From positions 1 through 47,600 of the forward strand of contig CANRKV010000001.1 of NCBI GenBank assembly GCA_947631305.1: a stretch of DNA of 47,600 nucleotides. Reading direction: 5' to 3'. The notes beneath the pieces were generated by a model that saw only the letters and a list, made by a program, of their open reading frames with translations, searched no databases and had not been told where the DNA came from. The position numbers were made by a program, and so were the translations under genes. The stretch is from an uncultured Jeotgalicoccus sp. GTDB taxonomy: Bacteria > Bacillota > Bacilli > Staphylococcales > Salinicoccaceae. Below are positions 44,676 through 47,600 of the stretch, piece after piece (position 1 is the stretch's first letter; each line of letters opens with the position of its first letter).

Positions 44676-45443
44676 ATGAATACTGAAAATATCAGAATAG
44701 CAATCAGAACTGGTGAACATACCGGACCGACTTCCGGTATTTCAGGCGATAAAGTACAGGCAAACTTAGCAATTCTGCCAAAAAAATATGCATTCGATTT
44801 TCTGTTATTTGCGATGCGTAATAATAAGCCCGTACCGATTATCGAAGTACTTGAAGCGGGAGAGTTTGTCAGCAGATATGCGAAAAATTCCGACATCCGT
44901 ACTGATATTCCGCTTTACAATATTTATCAAAACGGTGAGCTGACTGAAACTGTCAGCGATATTAAAGATTACTGGCGTGATGATTTCGTCACGTTTTTAA
45001 TCGGCTGCAGCTTTACATTTGAACAGGCAATTTTAGATGCCGGCATTAATATTAAGCATATTGATGAAGGGCGTAACGTTGCTATGTATAAAACTAATAT
45101 TGAAACTGTACCTGCAGGAATCTTTTCCGGAGAGACGGTCGTGTCGATGCGGCCGTTTAAGAAAGATCTTGTAGATCAGGTAATCAGTATTACAAATGAA
45201 TTTCCCAACATGCACGGGGGTCCTGTGCATGTCGGAAATCCGGAACAAATCGGTATAAATAATATCGATGAACCTGATTATGGAGAGAGAATCGACATTG
45301 GACCGGATGAAGTTCCGGTGTTTTGGGCATGCGGAGTAACACCGCAAAATGTTGTACTGAATGCAAAGCCTGAAATTTTAATCAGCCATGCTCCGGGTCA
45401 TATGTTTATTACTGACATTAATAATGAGGAATATAAAAATTAA
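44676..45443 (+). CDS. ycsI: YcsI/DUF1445 putative hydro-lyase (D-glutamate cyclase family)
   Basis: QANL, DIRTDIP.Y, GCSFTFE, VVSMRP, HGGPVH, VFWACGVTPQ, HAPGHMFITD. Confidence 0.88.
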   Translation: MNTENIRIAIRTGEHTGPTSGISGDKVQANLAILPKKYAFDFLLFAMRNNKPVPIIEVLEAGEFVSRYAKNSDIRTDIPLYNIYQNGELTETVSDIKDYWRDDFVTFLIGCSFTFEQAILDAGINIKHIDEGRNVAMYKTNIETVPAGIFSGETVVSMRPFKKDLVDQVISITNEFPNMHGGPVHVGNPEQIGINNIDEPDYGERIDIGPDEVPVFWACGVTPQNVVLNAKPEILISHAPGHMFITDINNEEYKN

Positions 45444-45467
45444 AACCGGGCAGCTGCCCGGTTTTTT
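45442..45467 (+). terminator. Rho-independent terminator
   Basis: AAAACCGGGCAG/CTGCCCGGTTTTTT. Confidence 0.85.
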
Positions 45468-45523
45468 GTGTATTTAGGCATAATATAGAGAAAAAACGGA
45501 CAATAAACATAAAAATTTAAGTA

Positions 45524-45577
45524 TTGACATTTAAAATACGCACATTATAATTAATATTATAACTAATGTTCGTTAAA
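45524..45577 (+). promoter_or_regulatory. pur operon promoter with paired PurR boxes
   Basis: TTGACA-16nt-TATAAT; AAAATACGCACATTA-N16-TAATGTTCGTTAAA inverted PurBox pair. Confidence 0.7.
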
Positions 45578-45593
45578 TAGGAGTGCATATAAG

Positions 45594-46076
45594 ATGACAG
45601 TGGGTATTATTATGGGCAGTTCATCAGACTGGGAAACGATGAAACACAGTGCTGAAATGCTGGATTTTTTCGGAATACGCTATGAAACGAAAGTAGTCAG
45701 TGCACACCGCACACCCGAAATGATGGTTGAGTATGCAAAAAATGCGACAGCAGACGGCATCAGTATTATTATTGCCGGCGCCGGCGGTGCAGCGCATCTG
45801 CCGGGCATGATTGCTTCATTAACACACGCACCTGTAATCGGTGTACCGATAGAATCAAAATCGCTAAAAGGCATGGATTCGTTATTATCCATCGTGCAAA
45901 TGCCCGGAGGAATTCCAGTGGCCACACAGGCAATCGGCGTTCCGGGGGCTAAAAATGCAGGACTGATGGCGGCAAGAATGATTGGTATATCGGACTCTGA
46001 AGTTTTCACTAAACTGGGAGAATACACGAAAAGTCTCGAGAAGAAAGTTGAGGATATGCAAAATGACCTTAAGTAA
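45594..46076 (+). CDS. purE: N5-carboxyaminoimidazole ribonucleotide mutase
   Basis: [42 protein letters not shown]. Confidence 0.97.
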   Translation: MTVGIIMGSSSDWETMKHSAEMLDFFGIRYETKVVSAHRTPEMMVEYAKNATADGISIIIAGAGGAAHLPGMIASLTHAPVIGVPIESKSLKGMDSLLSIVQMPGGIPVATQAIGVPGAKNAGLMAARMIGISDSEVFTKLGEYTKSLEKKVEDMQNDLK

Positions 46077-47190
46077 ACGTTTATATCCTGCAGCTGTAAT
46101 TGGTATTATCGGCGGCGGACAGCTTGGGAAAATGCTCGCACAGAGTGCTCAGAGAATGGGGTACAAAGTTGCGGTGCTTGATCCGTCGGCAGATGCTCCG
46201 GCACGTTCTGTATGCCACACTTTTATTCATGCCGATTTCAGCGATGAAAAAGCACTGATTAAATTAAGTGATATGTCAGATGTTGTCACATACGAATTTG
46301 AAAATATTGATGCACATATTTTAAGAAACCTCGTTTCTGATTATTACGTGCCGCAGGGTGCAGAAACGGTACTGACACTGCAAAACCGCACGACTGAGAA
46401 AAATGCAATTAAAGAGTCAGGTGCGAGTATCGTGCCATTTGAAAATATTTCATCTGAAGAAGATGTAAAAGCATTTGCCGAAAAACATTCATACCCGTTA
46501 ATTGTAAAGACGACAACAGGCGGTTACGATGGCAAAGGCCAGTATTACATCGGTTCTGAACAGGAATTATTAAATGAAAATATACCATTTGAAGATACAG
46601 CATTTATCGTTGAAAAATATATAGATTTAGCGAGAGAAGTATCATTGACTGCAGCACGCAGTGCAAGTGGAGAGATAATATATTTCCCGCTGCAGGAAAA
46701 TCTTCACCGAGATCAGGTTTTATACCGGACAATCGCACCGGCGAGAGTCGATTATTTTGAAAAAGCGAAAGCTGAAGCGGATAAAATTATGGAAGCGATG
46801 CTGTTCGTCGGAGTATTTACAATCGAATTCTTTATAGATCAGAACGGAGAACTGTATGTAAATGAAATTGCACCGCGTCCTCATAATTCAGCACATTACA
46901 CAATTGAGGCATGTAATATCAGCCAGTTTGATGCACATATTTTAAGCGTGACAGACCAGCCTTTACCGGAAGTTTATCAGCACAAAGATGCAATTATGAT
47001 GAACCTGCTCGGAGAAGATTTGGACCGATTGGACCTTGAATTGTTTGATTATTCCGAATGGAATGTTCATTTGTACGGTAAATCAGACCGCAAACCCGCG
47101 AGGAAAATGGGGCACGTTACAATTTTAACTGATGATATCGAAGCTGAACTTGAAAAATTGAAAACGAATTTTGAAAAAGAAACAGAATAA
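46063..47190 (+). CDS. purK: N5-carboxyaminoimidazole ribonucleotide synthase
   Basis: [45 protein letters not shown]; the start at 46063 overlaps purE. Confidence 0.96.
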   Translation: MTLSKRLYPAAVIGIIGGGQLGKMLAQSAQRMGYKVAVLDPSADAPARSVCHTFIHADFSDEKALIKLSDMSDVVTYEFENIDAHILRNLVSDYYVPQGAETVLTLQNRTTEKNAIKESGASIVPFENISSEEDVKAFAEKHSYPLIVKTTTGGYDGKGQYYIGSEQELLNENIPFEDTAFIVEKYIDLAREVSLTAARSASGEIIYFPLQENLHRDQVLYRTIAPARVDYFEKAKAEADKIMEAMLFVGVFTIEFFIDQNGELYVNEIAPRPHNSAHYTIEACNISQFDAHILSVTDQPLPEVYQHKDAIMMNLLGEDLDRLDLELFDYSEWNVHLYGKSDRKPARKMGHVTILTDDIEAELEKLKTNFEKETE

Positions 47191-47192
47191 TA

Positions 47193-47279
47193 TTTTACCG
47201 TTATCACACTGAGTCACTGATTGAAGCGAATACTAAATTCTACAATAAGCTGGAGGAAATTAAAGATGAAATTCAATGA
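47193..47279 (+). pseudogene. purC: Remnant of the purC 3' end
   Basis: The frame reads [24 protein letters not shown], resembling the staphylococcal PurC C-terminus (recalled from memory as [23 protein letters not shown]), at the expected purC position. Confidence 0.6.
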
Positions 47280-47600
47280 ACCGACAAACCAGGAAATTAA
47301 AGAACAGAAACTTTATGCAGAAATGGGCTTAACAGATTCGGAATTCGATAAAATTAATGAGATTTTAGGCAGAGAGCCCAACTACACTGAAACTGGTATT
47401 TTTTCTGCAATGTGGAGTGAACATTGTTCTTACAAACACTCAAAACCATTTTTAAAACAGTTCCCGACTGAGGGCGAGCATGTTTTAATGGGACCCGGCG
47501 AAGGCGCGGGTGTTGTGGATATCGGTGATAATCAGGCAATTGTGTTTAAAGTGGAATCGCATAATCACCCGTCAGCTGTAGATCCGTATCAGGGTGCAGC
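47266..47600 (+). CDS. purL: Phosphoribosylformylglycinamidine synthase subunit PurL (3' truncated by window edge; absent from the ORF track)
   Basis: MKFNEPT...MGL...[27 protein letters not shown]...GPGEGAG...[11 protein letters not shown]; RBS GGAGG. Confidence 0.95.
   Translation, partial: MKFNEPTNQEIKEQKLYAEMGLTDSEFDKINEILGREPNYTETGIFSAMWSEHCSYKHSKPFLKQFPTEGEHVLMGPGEGAGVVDIGDNQAIVFKVESHNHPSAVDPYQGA

Noticed and set aside
1-47600. CRISPR array, IS/transposase, prophage, tRNA/rRNA or defence system
   Set aside because: No regularly spaced repeats, no transposase, integrase or nuclease motifs, and no structural RNA signatures seen; intergenic gaps are short and mostly explained.

Overview
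Low-GC Firmicute chromosomal segment. Gene content and the very acidic lipoproteins suggest a halotolerant Staphylococcaceae member such as Jeotgalicoccus or Salinicoccus (inference). I saw no mobile element, phage, CRISPR array, rRNA or tRNA. From left to right the window holds: the end of a C-P lyase operon (phnM, phnL, a PHP phosphoesterase, phnDCEE); a hydrolase, nitroreductase and small membrane protein; a deacetylase lipoprotein with a DUF4015 glycoside hydrolase; an NCS1 permease; DUF421; a pheA plus DAACS transporter operon; an ABC exporter; ddl, GNAT and pepT; an MFS pump; methyltransferases; a MetNIQQ-type ABC importer; MoxR, DUF58 and a membrane protein; a membrane protein with an amidohydrolase; YitT; a four-gene ynbA/ynbB-like lipid cassette; a pxpB-pxpC-BCCP-BC-pxpA-ycsG-ycsI operon; and purE-purK-purL (partial). 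Four observations stand out. (1) An unannotated Phe-rich leader peptide (MLSKTKTSQLNKFFFSYFR) with 1:2/2:3/3:4 attenuator pairings and a second, coupled terminator lies upstream of pheA and the transporter. (2) The pur operon lacks purC-purS-purQ, and a PurC C-terminal scar is still readable between purK and purL. (3) The ynb-like lipid cassette has no known product. (4) The oxoprolinase operon contains an orphan biotin carboxylase module.
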